DNA from: Lama glama
Taxonomy: Eukaryota
DNA: 64,000 nucleotides
Assembly (NCBI GenBank): GCA_028534125.1
Contig: CM052818.1
Span: forward strand, 46,440,001-46,504,000
Direction: 5' to 3'
Of this stretch, positions 12,640-26,210 are shown in pieces. The position numbers and the translations under genes are program-made. The notes beneath the pieces are model-generated. The model worked only from the letters and a program-made list of their open reading frames with translations. It searched no databases and had not been told where the DNA came from. Each line of letters opens with the position of its first letter. Positions within the stretch are counted from its first letter, which is position 1.

Positions 12640-14400
12640 TTTATGAGCGTATGCTCAGATGTGGCTCTCTTCTCTTCAGTCTTGCTTGATTTGAGGGACT
12701 CTCAATCTGTAGATTTCTCTCTCCTCATTGAACATTTTTTCTATTCTTTTATTACCATTTTTCTTCATCTGTCATATTTTTCATATCCTAGGGTTCATAT
12801 TTTTCTCTGTTAAAGTCTCCTAAATCTCTCTTCCAAGCACCTTATGTTTTCCATCATAATTTTCAACTCTATTTTTGCTCAGTAGTTAGAGAAGCCTGTC
12901 TTCCACCTTATCAACCAGACCATGATCCAGGCTACAGTGAACACTCCTTTTCTCACTTTGACTATTGAATCCCCCCCTAGTTTTATTGAAGTATAGTTGA
13001 CATACAGACCTATACAAGTTCACAGTGTACAACGTAATGATTTGACTTCCATACATCATGAAATGATGTCCACACTAGGCTGAGTGAACATTTATCTCAC
13101 ACAGATACAACATTAAGTAAATAGAAAAAAATTTTTTCTTGGATGAGAGCTGTTAGGATTTACTTTCTTCACAATTTTCATTTATAACGCACCGCAGTGT
13201 TAATTATCTTGATCGCATTGTACGTTACTTTTCCGGTACTTAGTTACAACTGGGAGTTTGTATCTTTTGACTGTCTTCATCCAGTTCCCCCGGCCACGAC
13301 CACCACACATACCCGCTACCTCTGGTAGCCACAAATCTGATCTCTTTTTCTTTGTGTGTGTGTTTGTTTGTTTGTTGTTTGTTTGAAGTATAATTGACCT
13401 ACAACCCTATGTTAATTCTTGGTACACAGACTAGTGATTCAATATTTCTGTATATTTCAAAATGATCACGATGGTAAGTCTAATTACCACCTGTCGCTTT
13501 ACAAAGATATTACATAATTACTGACTGTATTCCCCACATTGCACATTTCATATCTGTGACTCAATTATTTTGTAACTGGAAGTTTGTATCTCTTAACCCC
13601 CTCCTATTCCTCTCCTGCCCCAAATCTTCTCCCCTCTGGCCTATTTGTTTTCTGTATCTATGACCTTATTTCTGTTTCGTTGTATTTGTTCATTTGTTTT
13701 GTTTTTTAGATTCCACATATAAGTGAAGACATACAGTATTTGTCTTTCTCTGTCTGATTTATTTCACTTAACTTAATACCCTAGGCCCATCCATGTTGTC
13801 GCAAATGGGCAAGTTGCATGATTTCGTTCTTCTTTATGGCTAACATTCTGTTACATATACACCACATCTTTTTATCCATTCATCTCTCAGTGGGCACTTA
13901 GGTTGCTTCCACACCTTGGCTGTTGTAAATAACGCTACTGTGAACATGGGGTGCATCTATCTTTTCAAAGTAGCGTTTTTGTTTTCCTCAGATTTGAATT
14001 TCTAAATTTGAAAAGTATTTCATTGTAGTTCCCAAAAGTCTGTCTTGTGATCTAACCGAATCTCCAGGAGGACTTTTTTGTTCAGTTGTTATTTGGCTCT
14101 TCCAAGGGTTCGTTTTCAATGGCAGATGCCTGCTTTGGGGGCCCACCGGCCACCTAGTGCTGGGTAACGTTTCTGACTCCACTCACTCCCGCCTCTGAAC
14201 TTGAGGGATTTCAACCTTTCCCTTCCTCTAGCTCCCTTCGGAATTCCATTTCCATGTGTAGTAGCATATCCTGCCTTAATGCTCAGCAAGGTAAATCTTT
14301 TGTTTTTTTTTAAGAAGATGGGAGAAAGAGGTGAAGCCCCAGCAACATTCTACCAGCAACTCAGTGGTGGGTGAGCCCCCCCACCTCCACGTGCTTCTCA
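12640..14400 (-). mobile_element. Old L1 fragments with a nested L1 3' end (~12975-13990)
   Basis: ttagattccacatataagtga, ttgtctttctctgtctgatttatttcactta and ggttgcttccacaccttggct L1 motifs. Confidence 0.8.
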
Positions 14401-17400
14401 AACCCCAGCGGTCAGTCGGAGCACCAGAGGAAGTCTCTTGGGGCGTGAGTCTCTAGGAGGCAGGCTGGTTCATCTTCAGCCTTTTTTTGTGTCCTAGTTA
14501 ATAACGACTGAATTATCTGGGACACTTACACACTATCCCTAGCCTATTAGGGCACATACCCTCCCAAGGTGGCCATTTATGCTTCTAACAGGTACCTTCA
14601 ATACGAGTCCTAGGTATACGAGTCTGTCTGGTAGGCAGTTGGCTGATGCAGCCTCAAGAGAAAGGAATAGCTTTTGAATTTCTCCCAGGGCTCTGAAGGC
14701 TCCATGCATGGGGAAGACTGCTCCATGGAATTGAAATATTGCTGGTAGAAATGGATTGGATGCTGTTTTTATGGATCAAGATAACTGGGGTCACCTTGCC
14801 AATAGTACACTTTCCATACAACCCAGGTTGGAAGGAATAATTTCTAGGTCTTTTTTCCCCCCAGATAAAATATCAATGCCTTCAATTCTATAAGGAGCAA
14901 TTTTGTTTAATTCACAGGAAATTGCATTGGCATCAGACCCAAAACTAGCTGTGGAACAATTTACCCACGATAATTTTTAACATGTCAAAATGGAAAATTG
15001 GACTCAGAACCTTTGGAAAATCTCCAAGCTGAGAAAGAACTTTTGAAAGCAGTGCCGGTATTAAGTAACTGTATTATAACATTGGATTTCACATTGTCAT
15101 AACCTCGAATCTCTAATGAGCTACCTGCAGGTAGTCATGTACAGCACTGTGGCCAACAGAGCCAGAATGAAGGGGTTCTCCTGCTAGGATCCCTGAACTC
15201 AGATCTGACACTCTGAAACAGATGAGTCTTCTCATAACTGTGGTCTAAACCTCTCTGCCTGGGTGTCACAAAGGGCCGGCAATGTGATGGATGGAAAGAT
15301 ACATAGTTAGAAGTTATAAAGTTAATTTAATGGCACAGGATAAAAACTTGAATGGAGACTGTGATATAAGGCAAAAGACCACACATACAGAAGTGCGGGT
15401 TTCCAGATCCCCAAGGGCTAACCAGATGATGGTACCACTGCCTGGCACAAGGACCCACCAGGGAGAAGTAGCTTGCCTCTGCTGATCTCATGGGGAGGGT
15501 GGGGCTTAAATCCTCACCCCCTGCACCACCGTGCCTGACTTTGGAGACTGTCCGCATGCCATGCCTTCCCCTCCCTCCCCCATCACACACAGAATGTTCA
15601 CTCGGGCTCTGGATTAATTAAAAGTCAATTTCTGACCCATCATGTCACCAAGCAGACCCTGCCTCAGGTCCACGTCTGCACTTCAGTATAAATTGTTTTC
15701 CTATAAAACCCCTTGTGAACAGCAGAGCTATTGAAGCCTTGGTTCATTCTGAACAGGGGATGGGGGGCCACGATGTCTTTGCTTTGTCCCTTTAACATAC
15801 AGCCAGGAAGCTTGAGTATTTGAGCCTTTCTTTTCTGTCCTCAAGAAGACACCCTCCCACCTCCTTTTCCTTGGGAAGCCTGCAGCTCGACCTCTGGTGG
15901 TAACAGCATAGGACGAGGAGACCACTGAGGGTCAGACAGCGGCAGCTGCCGGGCCAACCAGTCAGCAGATCTGAGTGAGACGTCATCCTAGGCATGCAGC
16001 CTTTAAGGCAGAGGAAATGCTGCCAACGTCACCTTCCTACCTTCAGAGCTAGGATCCCCAATCTCGGCTTCCAAGGAGCTAGGGCTGCACCTGGTCTGGG
16101 TGGACCATGCTGCTGGACACGAGCTGAGAAACAACTGGTCTAGAAACGAGAATTTCACTTACGGGGGAAGGAAGACCCCGTTACCAACCTCAAAGCACAG
16201 GGCACGTGTCTGCCCACTGTAATCAGCGGGGTGAGATCTCTCACCATAAAAAGGAAGAGAGGTGTTCTAGGCAGAGAGTAGCTACCATGGTGGGTGAGTT
16301 GCAAAGCCTGCCTTTCCTGTCTGCAGAGATGACAGGCTCATTTCCATAGACGCTGCGTTGATCCCCGGGGATTGCCTTCCAGTGTAGGATGTGCTCCCTC
16401 GCTGCGCAATGATTACCCAAGTCTCCAGAGTTCTAGATGAATGTGCGGAGAAGCCTTGTGCTGTCAGGAAGTAATCATTAAAGAACTGACCACTTATAAA
16501 ATCAGTCCCCATTCAAACGTCCCTCCTACTTGCTGTTGGCATAGCCATCCCTGATGATTCTAGCTATGTCTTCATCAGTCTCTCTCACACTGTAATTCTA
16601 TATGGAAATGTGCACATGTGAGGCAAGCACATGCAAATTGCTTGTAAAGTGATATTGTCAAGTTTTCAAAGGATGGAGGATTTTGATGAAGTGCGTGAAA
16701 TGAGGCTGGAGAACAGGTGGTACCCAGCGAAGAACAGGGAACAACTAAGAACACAGAAACGCTGCTTGAAGAGAAGTGTCTGAATAACAAAGGATTAAGA
16801 GAAACCCGTGGGAAAATTCGTGAAGCTCTGAAATGTTTTTGCTATTGTGCTTCTCTTTAAGATCATTTTTTGAAAGCCAGATGGGAAGTGAAGGATGTGG
16901 TTGGTTGTTGTGGGAAAATAATGCCAAGGAAAGCCGTCAACATTTACTTCCTTCTTTGTTCATTCTAAGAGGTAGTTTGTCACAGCAATTATAAATAAAA
17001 GGTATACTTTCATTTTTCAAGATAAAGTCCCAGTCAACCTTTTTCACTATTTACTACAAAAATTTAGTCCTTGTTTTATTCCTTAGTGACTCTTCCCAAT
17101 ATTGATTATCTTCAGATAATGATATTGCGATGATATCTGTTTGATGTGGTGCATATGATGCATGCAACCTAGAGATAAATAATTAGAAACTTTTAAACCC
17201 AAGGGTTGAAGTATAACTTTTTTCCATTTACTCTTGGTCAACTTCGTATTCTTATAATCAGCACATCCAGATCATGAGTGAATTCAGATGAACACTAGTC
17301 AGAAGTGTGTAGATTTTTGTTCCTTGGTTTCTAAGACCGGAAGTGAACAATGGGTGCCATCTGGGGTTACCAGGTGAAGTTAAGTAAGCCTCTTAAAACC

Positions 17401-17766
17401 TGCAGTAATGCATAATGCCTGTTTTATTTTTTGGCTTTGTCACTAACTAGCTATGTGGCCTTACACGAGTTACTCCCTCTCTCTGGACCTCAGTTTTCTC
17501 ACCCATAAAGTAAAGAGTCTGGAATAGATCAATGATCTCAACCCTGGTTAGACATTTAAGTCACCTGGGGAGATTATGAATAAGTGTTTTCTCTTAAAAG
17601 CTCAGAGTAGCCTTCCCTCTCTCTCCTGGGATCAATTGAATCAGAATCTCAGGGGGCAAGACCCAGGCAAGCTCCCCAGGTGACCCAGAGGCAGCTAGGA
17701 TGTGGAATCACCAAACCAGGCAGTTCTTAACATTCATTCCTCTTTTGTCATTATTGAATTTTCTTA

Positions 17767-17797
17767 GTGCTCGCTTCGGCAGCACATGTACTAAAAT
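17767..17797 (+). pseudogene. 3'-truncated U6 snRNA retrocopy
   Basis: gtgctcgcttcggcagcacatgtactaaaat matches U6 nt 1-31 with one mismatch; flanked by the direct repeat gaattttctta (17756-17766, 17799-17809). Confidence 0.9.
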
Positions 17798-18262
17798 AGA
17801 ATTTTCTTAGAGTTTAGTTTCAGCCCCAGGGATTTGTATAGGTGCAAAGGAAGTGTTTATATAACCCCATCCCATTCCGATTGGGTTTTAAGCCTTTGTC
17901 ATAAATAGCTTTCGGATAAACAGTGCAGTTTGAGGGGAAAACACCACCACTGTTTTTTGCCACATTTTTCGTGAACACAGCCTTCTCACCTCACACAAAT
18001 CCATGTCCCAGTGAAAAAGGATGCTGCCACCTTAATGTAGAAATGTCCTACAGCTGCTGTGAATAACATGAGGTGACAGACAGAACAGGGAGCAGATGTG
18101 CTAACACTGTGGATTGAAATAGTCTTCAGACTTGGCCACATGTAGCCCTGGCCTCTTGTGTAGTTGAACTTCTCTGGGTCGTTGGAAATGCCTGATGGGT
18201 TTTTGAACAGGGGCAAGTGCCTGGCACCGTCAGGTCCAAAACCAGCACTGGTGGGTCAGTAC

Positions 18263-19990
18263 TGTTGCTGAAAGATCAGCCCCCATCCCTGACGAGCCGA
18301 ATAACCCAGAGACAAGGTCTTGGAGCTTAGAAGAAAAGAGGCAGCTTTATTACTGTGCCAGGCAAAGGGGACTCCCAGCAGGCCAGTGCCTTCAAAACTG
18401 TGAACCCCCCTTGGGGATGGGGTGGGGTGGTTACATAGCTATGGCTCAAACAATAAAGCTTCGATAACAGTCAACAGAATCATTTTCTCTTCAGAAGACT
18501 TAGAATGGCGTCATGATGCCTCCAGGCGACCGATTCTGCGGACGCTAGTGGTTGTCACTCTTTCCATCTCTTTATTTTATAAGCACCCAAAGCGTGGTCT
18601 TCTTAGTAATTCAGGCTATTTTGTAAGGTTATAGTCCTGTGAACTCCTCCTTGGAGAATGACTCAGAGACCAAGCATGATGATTACTTTCAATTACTGGA
18701 ATAAAGTGCAAACAGTAAGGCCAATAGCCTTAGTTTTACCAGTGGGCCTGGAGCTGTGGGGAGCAACCTGTTGGTCAGGTTTGTTGACCTTTCTAAGGGC
18801 GAGCATAAGAACAAGCAGGCTGTTAGCCTAAGTGTGGCCATGTTATCAATCCTCCTTCACTACCGTCCAGATGCGCCTCTGCCCCAGCTGACTTCGGGAA
18901 CCTTCTCCCGTGTCCACAGCAGATGCTGTACGGTCATTAGTCCAAAACCAGTACAGTTCAAGTCCTGTTACGGGGTTCCCATCTGTTTTCCCTCTTGGAA
19001 AATGAGACCATCTTGAGATTATTTACTGAGAAAGTAAAAGAAGACTGAGTGATAAAGATTTCACAGCAGCTTCTTGTTTATGATTAATGATCACAGACGA
19101 ACCGGTGACACCCAAACTCCGGCCAGCCCCTCCGAGCCCCCTTTTGACAGGGCCTCCCTAGGCGGTAGCCTCGCAAGTCCCGTTTTTGCCAGAGTCCTGC
19201 TCGGTTAGCGAGTATCCCCCCGATCCTTGATATCTGACCAAACTCCTCACCCCCCACTCTTAATGTCTGTCGCCCCGGCCTGCCCTCAGCAAGAGCCCCG
19301 TCAGCGCAGCGAGGCCAAACGAACCGGAACGTCAGAGTTGGGATCACAGCAAGCTAGGGCTGGGCAAGGAGAACGGGTGGCTTGTGCTCGAAATACCTGA
19401 ACTCCCCGACGGTTTTTGTGCAGAAGATTTTAAAGGCAGAATTTGGGGTGAGGGCTGCAAGGTGTGTGACTCTCCTCTGATTGGTTGGTGGGGAGGTAAC
19501 GGGGCGGTGCTCTAGGAAGTGTGCTCAGTTGGAAGTTGCCATCCTCCGCCTGGGTGGGGCCTTGGGTCCTGCAGAAGGAGCCAGGACCCTGCCTCTGGGC
19601 TGCACTCGCGTTTCTTGAGTTCCTCCCTTATCTCTGCACTCCCTCCCTTCCCTGATTAGCAACTGTCTGAACCTGCCCTTTGGAACTCAGGAGGCTGAAT
19701 GAAACTTATTTCCTACGTAAGAGAAACGGGGAACTGGGAAAGGGTTTGTACCAGGGAGGACCCTGCAGGGTCCTGCTCCGTTTCAGGCTTAGCAAGATGC
19801 CCCAACTTTCAATGTCCCCTGTTGGTAATTTTGCATCCACTGACCCTCCCGTTTTGCTCCTTTGCTATGACAGAACTTATCCTTGCTGTGTTCGGGGCTG
19901 AGCCCAATCCTTTTCCCCTGTTGCAATAAAATCAACCCGTATTGCAAGTCTCCTGAATCAAGTGTGTCAGGATTATTCTCTTTTAACGTC
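18263..19990. mobile_element. Cluster of ERV LTRs (~18263-18848; ~19105-19985 with another LTR nested at ~19320-19785)
   Basis: TG..CA termini, AATAAA at ~19925, and similarity of 19200-19310 to the LTR at 50124-50606. Confidence 0.7.
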
Positions 19991-20046
19991 GTGAAGTGAC
20001 AGCTTAGCATTGTCCAAGCAAGATCTGTGGAATATTATCACCTTGG

Positions 20047-20660
20047 TGAGACAGGAGGGAAGGGGGCAGGGCACAGCCACTCAAGGAATGACACAGCAAT
20101 TAACACCAAGATGGCAGGAGATTTGACTCCCAGTAGGCCTTGAGCCTCATTATATGCTCATTGTAATATATTAGCATGGTGAATGGCACTCCCACAGGCA
20201 CCATGACAGTTCTGAGGCTGACCATAAAAGGTCAAAAAGTGGATGGTGGCCCCATTCCTGGAAATCCCAGCCTCTTCCCCCATAGTGGCTGGAATAATCC
20301 TCCCACTTGTTAACGTATGAAGCTACCAAGCCCATAAAAGCTAACAGCCCCCATACCTCGTGGCCGCTCTCCCTTCTGAGTGAGATGGCCTGCACTCTGT
20401 CTATGGAGTGTGGACCTACTTTTACTTTAACCTGAGCACCCAACCCCCACACCTCGAGGCCTTTCTCTCGCCTTCTGAAACAGCCTGCATGCTATGCAGT
20501 ATGTATCTCTTTAAATAAATCTACCTCTGCTCAACTGTGGCTCGCTTCTGAATTCTTTCCTGCATGGAGCCAAGGACCCACCCTTGGCGGGGCATGTCTG
20601 AGGGATTCAGCTGAGATCTGGGACATGGCCATCCCCTTGCCGCCAATTTTTCCTGTATCA
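20047..20660 (+). mobile_element. ERV1-type solo LTR with 4-bp TSD
   Basis: Starts tgagacagg, ends tgtatca, AATAAA at ~20514, flanked by ttgg on both sides. Confidence 0.9.
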
Positions 20661-21217
20661 TTGGGATGTTTATAAATGTCGCAGGCTTGGAAAAAGTGCC
20701 CTGGGCTCCCATAAACTTAGGAGATGCTTTGTTAAACCAACGGTTTTCTTTCCTGTAGGGCTTTTTTTTTTTTTTTTAAGATTCTTTAAGATGCTAATGG
20801 GTCTTTCCAAAAGTGGGATATAAAAAACAGAATTTCCCAAATTTCCTTGCCCTCTTTTTGGAGAGGTGCCTGTTATCTTTAAGTTCCAGTGTTGCACAAA
20901 GCATACTGCGTAAAAGCTGGGATGGAGTGACTCAGGGATTTCTAACAATTGTATCAAGCGTGGATTCGGAAACTGATTGCTTAAAGATAATCTAGTCAGA
21001 CCCTTTCATTGCGTAAACAAGGAATCCAAGGACTAGAGAAGTTACCAGGCAGATACCAGGCCAGGCAGACAATGAAGGAATTAAAAGAATTAAAATTCAA
21101 AAGCCCAGCCTAAAGTCCCTACTCCTTAAGCTAAATCCTACTGTTATTAATCTATAATCACAAATCCACAAGTGTTTATGAATCTGCTACAGCACCTGCC
21201 TTATGCTCAGAAATCAT

Positions 21218-21618
21218 GTTTATTAGTTTGCTAGCTTGCTACGGCTGCCATAACAACGTACCACAGAATGAGGAGCTGAAACAACAGAAATGTATTTTCT
21301 CAGCGTTCTGGAGGCTGGAAGTCTGAGATCCACGTGTCAGAAGGATCCATTCCTTCTAAGGCCTCTCTCCTTGGGTTTGCAGAGTTTTGTCTTCTCCCTG
21401 TGTCTCCACGTGATCTTCCTTCTGTGCGTGTCTGTGTCCTAATCGCCTCTTCTTATAAAGACACCAGACACACTGGATTAGGGCACAGCCTAATGACCTC
21501 ATTTTGACTTAATTATTTCTTTAAAGATCCTGTGTCCAAGTAAGGTCCCATTAAGAGATCCTGGAAGTTAGGCTTCAACTTAAGAATTTTAGGGGGACAC
21601 AATTCAGCCCTAAAATAC
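21218..21618 (-). mobile_element. MLT1 (MaLR) LTR
   Basis: ggctgccataacaacgtaccacaga..ctggaggctggaagtctgagatc..gggacacaattcagccc. Confidence 0.85.
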
Positions 21619-21889
21619 ATGTGTGGCACAGAGATTTATTTATAATTTAATGTAGAATAGAGATCCACTGATATTTGCCCTACAGTTTGTTTTCATTGCT
21701 GTAGACCCACCTGGAGGGAATTAAAGTAAAATATTTCTCCCATCCTCTGGAAGCCTGAGTGCTCCTTTCCCTCAGAGGAAGAGCCTCTGTTTGTTTGTTT
21801 TTGATGTTTGAAGGGATAGAAGATTCCAGGCCTCAGCAGGATACCCTGGAGATCATTCATTCCAGACTTCTATATTTGGAAGGACACAT

Positions 21890-23095
21890 ATAGATGTGAA
21901 CCCCTTGTTGGATATATCATTTGCAAATATCTTCTCCCATTCCATAGGCAGCCCTTTTATCTTGTTGATAGGCGATTCCTTTGCCATGCAAAAGCTTTTT
22001 AGTTTGATGTAGTCCCATTTGTTTATCTTTGTTTTTATTTACCTTGCCTGAGGAGACGTATCCAAAAAGACTGATGTCAAAGTGCCTATGTTTTCTTCTT
22101 TTATGGTTTCAGGACTTACACTTAAGTCTTTAATCCATTTTGAATTTATTTTTGTGTGTGGTGAGAGAAAGGAGTCCAGTTGATTCTTCTGCATGTAGCT
22201 TTCCCATGTTCCCAACACATTTTTCAAAAATGCTGTCTTTTCCTCATTGTATATTCTTGCCTCCTTTGTCATAGATTAATTGACTAAGCAAGTGTAAGTT
22301 CATTTCTGGCCTCTCTGTTCTGTTTCATTGATTTATGTGTCTGATTTTGTGCCATTACCATGCTGTTTTGATTACTGTAGCTTTGTATTATAGTCTGAAG
22401 CCAGGCAGTGTGATACCACCACTATATTTTTCTTTCTCAAGATTATTTTAACTATTCAGGATATTTTGTGTTTCTGTACAAATTTTATAATTATTTGTTC
22501 TAGTTCTGTGAAAAATCCTTTGGTATTTTTGTAGGGATTGCATTGACTCTATAGATTGCCTTGGGCAGTATGATCATTATAACAAAATTAATTCTTTCAA
22601 TCCATGAGCATGGTATATCTTTCCATTGTTTGTGTCATCTTCAATTTCTTTCATCAGTGTCTTATAGTTTTCCGAGTACAGATCTTTTATCTCCTTAGAA
22701 AGATTTATTTCTAGGTATTGCATCCTTTTCAATGAGATTGTAAATGGCATTGTTTTTTAATTTCTCTTTTTGATAATTTGTTGTTAGTGTGTAGAAATGT
22801 GACAGATTTCTGTATATTAATTTCGTAGCCTCCAACTTTACCAAATTCATTGATGAGTTCTAGTAGTTTTTTGGTAGTATCTTTAGGATTTTCTATATAT
22901 AATATCATGTCATCTGCAAACAGTTACAGCTTTACTTCTTCCTTTCCAGTTTGGATTCCTTTTACTTCTCTTTCTTGTCTGATTGCTGTGGCTAGGACTT
23001 CAAATACTATGTTGAATAAAAGTAGTGAGAGTGGGCATCCTTGTCTTGTTCCTTACCTAAGGAGGAAATACTTTCAGTGTCTCACTACTGAGTAT
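21890..23095 (-). mobile_element. L1 ORF2 internal fragment
   Basis: Minus ORF 22039-22272 (LSPHTKINSKWIKDLSV) is L1 ORF2. Confidence 0.9.
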
Positions 23096-23475
23096 ACATT
23101 GTACATTTTTTAAAAGAAAAATTTATGGAAAACTTAAAAAAATTATCAAGAAGAAAAGTAAAATCAACTTAGAAGAACCCACTGTCAAAATTATGTGTTG
23201 TGTTCCTCCAGGCTTTATTCCATGTATACACAGAATTTTATTTTTGAAATTTTGGTCACCTGTATATACAGAATTGCATCCAGATTTCCCCTCTAATATC
23301 ATAGCTTAAGTATACAGAATTCTCAGATCAGACATTCTTAAAAAACAATAGAAACTTTAATGGCTGTATGATATTTCATCTCATGGGTAGTTGGTATTTT
23401 ATTTGATCACTGCCCTTTTATTGGACTCTTATGTTGCTTCTCACTGTCTTTCCTATTACACATTGCAGAACAGTC

Positions 23476-23955
23476 TGTAGTAGACAGGTGTCATGTTTAC
23501 CGGTGGAGCATCCTTGACACCATCCCTACACTTGAGTAATTTAGTAATTTCCCACTTTCCACTTCTTGCCTTGACAAGGCAGAGCCCAGAAGACTCCCAT
23601 TCACAGACTACTTTGGGCTGCAGTTGCAGACTGGGGCATAGATTCAGATATACCTAGTAACACTAAACCTTGGAGGTGGGTGATGTTATAGACTGCCATG
23701 CACAGGGGTGTGGATTGTCTGGCAAGGGTGGCGGCAGCATCTGAATCTCAGGGGCTGCAGTGGAGGAGTGCCTCTGTGCAACCCTTGTACTGAGCAGCAG
23801 CGGCTGTCAAGTTTTGCACAACCAGCTGTGGTGGCACATGTAGACATTGTTCTGGGCAGTGAGCCACAGAGTCCAGAGTCTGGCCATCCCAGAGGTGAGT
23901 TCTCTGAGTTTTCTACTGTCCTATAACAAAACTGTGTTTGGCTTAAACAGCCAGA
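23476..23955 (+). mobile_element. ERVL (LTR16-like) LTR
   Basis: tgtagtagac..., gcagcggctgt..ccagctgtggtggca and ..taacaaaactgtgtttggcttaaacagccagagtg pattern. Confidence 0.55.
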
Positions 23956-23959
23956 GTGA

Positions 23960-26210
23960 ATATTGCTGGAGAGGATATGGCCAACAACAACCCTCAAGTG
24001 TTACTACTGAGGATGCAAAATGGCACAGCTACTTTGGAAGACAATTTGGTAGGTTCTTACAAAGCTAAACATAGCCTTACCTTAGGATCCAGCAATTACA
24101 CTCTTAAGTATTTACCTAACTGATTTGAAAACTTATATCCACATAAAAATGTGCACATGAATGTTTATAAAAGCTTTATTCAAAACTGGAAGCAGCCAAT
24201 GTCCTTCAACAGGTAAATGGATATACATACCGCGGTACATCCAGACAATGGAATACTATTCATAGTTAAAAAAAAAAAAAAGAGGAGCTGTCAAGCCATA
24301 CAAAGACATGGATGAATCTTAAAGGCATATTACTAAGTGAAAGCAGCCAGTCTGAAAAGGTAACATACTGTATGAGTCCATTTGTTTTATGCTCTGGAAA
24401 AGACAAAACTATAGAAAAGATAAATAATCAATGGTCACCAGGAGTTTGGAGGGGAGGAAGGTTAAATAGTTGAAGTACAGTGGATTTTTTTTTATAGGGC
24501 GTTGACCCTGTTGTGTAAGATAGTGTAATAATGAATACATCATATTATGCATTTGTCAAAACCCATAGAGCTGTTCAACACAGAGAGTGAAGTTTCATGC
24601 CTGCAAAAAAGAAAATCATCTTGGAAGTCATGGGACCACAGGATACAATGCAGAATGTGACAAAATGAATCTCATCATATTACCAAAGTGTGAAACGACC
24701 TCACTGAAGGGGGTGGAGGAAAAGGTGCTGAGTAACTCTGAAAGTGAGTGGAGTCTGTAAGAATAAAGGCAAAATCAGTGGCACATAAATACTGTCCTCT
24801 AGCTAAAAAAGATTTTTCTCACCAGGGTTCTAGTAACAAACAACTCTGATACTGCTACAACGTGCATAAGGGAATTAAACAATTAAGTAAGTAGGTGTCA
24901 TGGATGGAGCCAGTTTTCTCACTATTTACAGATAAGGAAGGGAAGGAGGCCAGAATGATCTTTGTGGTGAGGGATTACAGCTGGAGATTTCAGTATGAAC
25001 TCATGCTTAGCTTACTATCAGTACAGATGGCTACACCTAGGATTATTTATAGACGCATATATAGACATGGTTCAGTCTACACACATGCCTCTCCTTGCTC
25101 TGTCAGCTGAGAAGGACTAGAAGCAATGATACCCCAGTGGTCATGAGCACACCTAGTGCTCAGCTCTTGGTTTCTAATATCATTCCTCAAAAAAGTAACC
25201 AGAGCTCCATAGAGAAGTGGCTGATTCTAGGACTGGACAGGAAATACACAAGATCTGCAGCATCTTATGGCAGTAGAAAATAAGGAAGTGCTAATAAAAA
25301 CACCCCAGATTTAAACATAAAACCTACATTGATCAAAGTATGTCAAAAAGACAAAGGAGCACCCAAAGTCCAAAGCTGAAACAATATGAACAAGAACAAC
25401 AAAAAAAATAGTATTGGATTATAACCCAGAGTATAAAATAAATATCCATGAGTCCATACTGTTATAAAAATGATTGGATAAGTAAATAAGTGAGGGAGAA
25501 AGACAAATCTTTTGTACATAGAATTCTAAATATTTGATGTAAATATTCTGCCCTTAAGGAAATAGAGTGCAACCTCCCACTGCTTAAGTGTGGGCTGTGT
25601 ACAGTGGCTTCCTTCCAAAGAGGGAGAAGAGTAACTCCACGGTGCAGACACCTGACAAAGATGACAAAGACGACTTCAGCCAGGTGATCAAGCCAGCACC
25701 AGCCATGATACGCCCTATTTGTGGTCTGAACCCTTGATGTGAAGTGATGAAAATGGCACGCTCATGTTCCTCCTCCCCAAACCTAAAAGCCCAGTCTTAT
25801 AATGAGAAAAATGTCAGGCAAATCCCACTCTAGAGACATTATAAAAATGCCTGGCCAGTACTCCTTACAGCTGTCAACGTCTTCAAACACGAGGAAAGTC
25901 TGAGAAACTTTCACAGAAAAAGGAAGGAGCCTGAGGAGACATGACAACTAAATACAACGTGGTGTCCTGAGTGAGGTCCTGGCACAGAGACAGAACACTG
26001 AGTGAAAAAAAAAAGAACATCTGGGTACAGTCTGGGACTTGCTTCATAATAATATATTAATATTGGCTCATTAGCTGTGAGAAGTGTATGTCACTATTAT
26101 ACCATGTTAATAATGGGAGAAACTGGGTATTGGGTATATGGGAACTCTGTACTGTCTTCACAATTTTTCTGTAAAACTCTTCTAAAATAAGTTTATTAGG
26201 TAACAAAAAC
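23960..26210 (+). mobile_element. Old L1 (L1MC/MD-type) ORF2 end and long 3'UTR
   Basis: gatccagcaattacactctta, caatggaatactattca and gggtatatgggaactctgtactgtcttcacaatttttctgtaaa, then an A tail. Confidence 0.85.

Noticed and set aside
14592..16600. Minus-strand exon-like frames (e.g. ORF 16282-16512) and similar ones at 41824-42102
   Set aside because: They are antisense to plus-strand pappalysin-like remnants.
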